Shown here piece after piece: positions 4,983 through 5,929 of a DNA stretch of 5,929 bases. Origin of the DNA: a virus. The stretch spans positions 1 to 5,929 of IMG/VR virus record IMGVR_UViG_3300045988_012347; one strand, 5' to 3'. The first letter of the stretch is position 1; the number at the start of each line of letters is the position of its first letter. The notes under the pieces were generated by a model that made no database searches, was not told the origin of the DNA, and saw nothing but the letters and a program-made list of their open reading frames with translations. Made by a program: the position numbers and the translations under genes.

Positions 4983-5226
4983 TTCCAAACTCCTTTTTCA
5001 GGTCAACCAGTTTGCACAGCTGTTTCGGCTCTGCCCCGTACATCTCGCCGGTTTCGCTGTTGAACTCGCCCAGCTCTACGAGGCTGATGTCTTCGATTTC
5101 CTGCAACGTGCCTTCGTCTGCCTTCCACTTTGCCGTGCGGATTGCCTGCGCCCGGTTCTGCTGAAGGAACGGATTGCTGTAGCCATTGGTCACGCTGTCA
5201 TGAAAACTGTAAAACGTGTATTTCAT
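4969..5226 (-). CDS. Conserved small Microviridae nonstructural protein (ORF5-like family; function unknown)
   Basis: The track ORF starts at GTG 5235 inside the SD. ATG 5226-5224 follows AAGGTGGA with a 5-nt spacer, giving 85 aa (MKYTFYSFHDSVTNGYSNPFLQQNRAQAIRTAK...ISLVELGEFNSETGEMYG). The pattern [FY]S-x-xD-S/K...PF.....A.R.F ... L.ELGEFD..TGE matches, from memory, a family common in gokushovirus-type genomes. It forms an ATGA start/stop overlap with the peptidase gene and a 14-nt overlap with VP3. Confidence 0.65.
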   Translation of the reverse strand: MKYTFYSFHDSVTNGYSNPFLQQNRAQAIRTAKWKADEGTLQEIEDISLVELGEFNSETGEMYGAEPKQLCKLVDLKKEFGNDKS

Positions 5227-5615
5227 TTTTTCCACCTTGCCTTTTTTTCTCGTGTGTCGATATGTGTAAAGGTCCAGTAGCTCCCGATGCCGTATTTGTT
5301 CTGGTATTTATTTTTCAGGTACTGTTGCACCTTACTCGCCGGAACTCCTTTTACTCGAATATCTGCCGCCGTGCCTTTTGTGTGCTGTGAGTTTTTCACA
5401 CCGCCGATTTTCGCGTTGTATTCCGGTGTCCTGTAGCCACTGGTGATTATTACAGGTGTGTTAAAGTGTTCTCTTACATCTTCCAGCACTTTTACCAGCT
5501 CTGTGTCGATGAGGATTTTGTCACACCTGCCGTCTTTTTGTGCAAATTCTTTGATTCTGAAGTGTGTGCTCACTCGTTGGGCGCCCTGATGAAATAGGCT
5601 GTATTCATTTAGCAC
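5223..5615 (-). CDS. Zinc D-Ala-D-Ala carboxypeptidase-fold cell-wall hydrolase (Peptidase_M15 family, putative endolysin)
   Basis: 130 aa. The start is GTG 5615-5613, with the SD GAGGA 6 nt upstream. Motifs are STHFRIKEF, ITSGYRTPEYN, SQHTKGTAADI (H78 codon 5382-5384, D85 codon 5361-5363) and FTHIDTR (H118 codon 5262-5264). This is the H-x6-D...H zinc triad and the SGYR/SxHxxGxAxD signature of the M15 (VanX/Peptidase_M15_3-like) fold. No signal peptide or TM segment is present. Confidence 0.88.
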   Translation of the reverse strand: MLNEYSLFHQGAQRVSTHFRIKEFAQKDGRCDKILIDTELVKVLEDVREHFNTPVIITSGYRTPEYNAKIGGVKNSQHTKGTAADIRVKGVPASKVQQYLKNKYQNKYGIGSYWTFTHIDTREKKARWKK

Positions 5616-5733
5616 TGTTTTCCTCGCTTTCGTCGTTGTCTGCGTCCTCTGCGTCCTTCACGACTGCATGATAGATTTTATCTACCATCTCCAGAATTTT
5701 CAGCAGAGTGTTCATGGTTTCCTTAAAGTCCAT
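5605..5733 (-). CDS. Hypothetical 42-aa acidic protein
   Basis: The track ORF 5605-5892 (95 aa) starts at a GTG in another gene's SD and runs across the basic ORF in a different frame. The internal ATG 5733-5731 has a strong SD (GAAGGAAGGTGA, about 5-nt spacer). Product: MDFKETMNTLLKILEMVDKIYHAVVKDAEDADNDESEENSAK, a predicted helix followed by an acidic tail. Its stop overlaps the peptidase start by 11 nt. Confidence 0.55.
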   Translation of the reverse strand: MDFKETMNTLLKILEMVDKIYHAVVKDAEDADNDESEENSAK

Positions 5734-5767
5734 TGTGTCACCTTCCTTCTTTGTTCCATGTGGAACA

Positions 5768-5884
5768 TTACAGCCGGATGCCGCCCCGGCTGACCTTCGG
5801 TCGGACGTTGATGTTTTTCGTCCGCTTTGCAGTCTGCGTGAAACGTCGCTGGTCGCCACGGCCTGCGCCGCTACGATGTGCCAT
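5768..5884 (-). CDS. 38-aa highly basic protein, putative DNA-binding/packaging protein (phiX174 J / gokushovirus ORF8 analogue)
   Basis: This ORF is not in the track because it is too short. ATG 5884-5882 is preceded by AAAGGAGGTGA with a 5-nt spacer, and the TAA stop is at 5770-5768. Product: MAHRSGAGRGDQRRFTQTAKRTKNINVRPKVSRGGIRL, with 8 R, 3 K and 1 D. It is the first gene after promoter P1. Its 5' part is duplicated at 1-74 by the terminal overlap. Confidence 0.7.
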   Translation of the reverse strand: MAHRSGAGRGDQRRFTQTAKRTKNINVRPKVSRGGIRL

Positions 5885-5929
5885 TGTGTCACCTCCTTTT
5901 ATCCTTTGTCTGCATTGTATCAAAAAAAC
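5811..5929. repeat. Terminal direct repeat, right copy (circular-genome assembly overlap)
   Basis: Identical to nt 1-119. Confidence 0.95.

Noticed and set aside
1-5390. All plus-strand ORFs in the track, for example 1-255, 68-400, 689-1063, 1550-1789, 1907-2572 (221 aa), 2472-2777, 2831-3106, 2935-3267, 3314-3691, 3955-4383, 4488-4919, 4861-5280 and 5130-5390.
   Set aside because: They lie antisense to well-supported minus-strand genes or in the hairpin/repeat region. Their products are Cys/Leu/Ser/Phe/Arg-rich low-complexity sequences typical of antisense frames. They have no SD sequences and no recognisable motifs.
5752-5767. The dyad TGTTCCA-TG-TGGAACA between the basic ORF and the 42-aa ORF, considered as an operator or hairpin.
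   Set aside because: A 7-bp arm with a fixed 2-nt spacer is expected by chance at roughly this frequency in a genome of this size. The 2-nt loop is too tight for a stable hairpin. I noted it but it is not strong enough to call.
5605-5892. The 95-aa minus-strand ORF as listed in the track (MTQWHIVAAQ...).
   Set aside because: Its start is a GTG inside the AGGAGGTGA SD of the basic ORF, and its N-terminal 53 aa merely read that gene in another frame. The internal ATG at 5733 has its own strong SD, so I call only 5605-5733, plus the separate 5768-5884 ORF.
5730-5894. An identical 14-mer AGGTGACACAATGG (minus strand) at the starts of both the 42-aa ORF (5730-5743) and the basic ORF (5881-5894).
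   Set aside because: It may reflect duplication of a translation-initiation region. Half of it is SD consensus, however, and the chance expectation for one 14-mer repeat in about 6 kb is not negligible. There is no further flanking similarity.

Overview
The window is a complete, circularly permuted genome of a gokushovirus-like member of the Microviridae (small ssDNA phage). Nt 1-119 are repeated exactly at 5811-5929, which is an assembly overlap of a circle with a 5810-nt unit. All credible genes lie on the minus strand. In transcription order from a near-consensus promoter at 104-132 they are: an unlisted 38-aa highly basic J/VP8-like ORF (5884->5768), a 42-aa acidic ORF, a Peptidase_M15-type zinc cell-wall hydrolase, a conserved Microviridae small nonstructural protein, VP3 scaffold, VP1 major capsid, an intrinsic terminator/attenuator, VP2 pilot protein, a 512-nt noncoding region, VP4 rolling-circle Rep, and a self-contained promoter-ORF-terminator cassette encoding a 60-aa orphan protein. 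The noncoding region holds an iteron-like TGTTGAAAAC array and a GC-rich cluster of hairpins. The items most worth follow-up are: (1) the M15 peptidoglycan hydrolase in a family that normally lyses without a muralytic enzyme; (2) the autonomous 60-aa cassette; (3) the iteron array plus GC-rich hairpin cluster upstream of Rep; (4) a recurring SD-hairpin-AUG (split ribosome-binding site) layout at VP4 and VP2; (5) the hidden basic ORF across the circular junction. All plus-strand ORFs in the track appear to be antisense artefacts. Four track ORFs start at GTG/TTG codons that sit inside or next to the real Shine-Dalgarno sequence, so I trimmed them to the downstream ATG. No similarity search was possible. 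Family calls rest on motifs I recognise in the translations.
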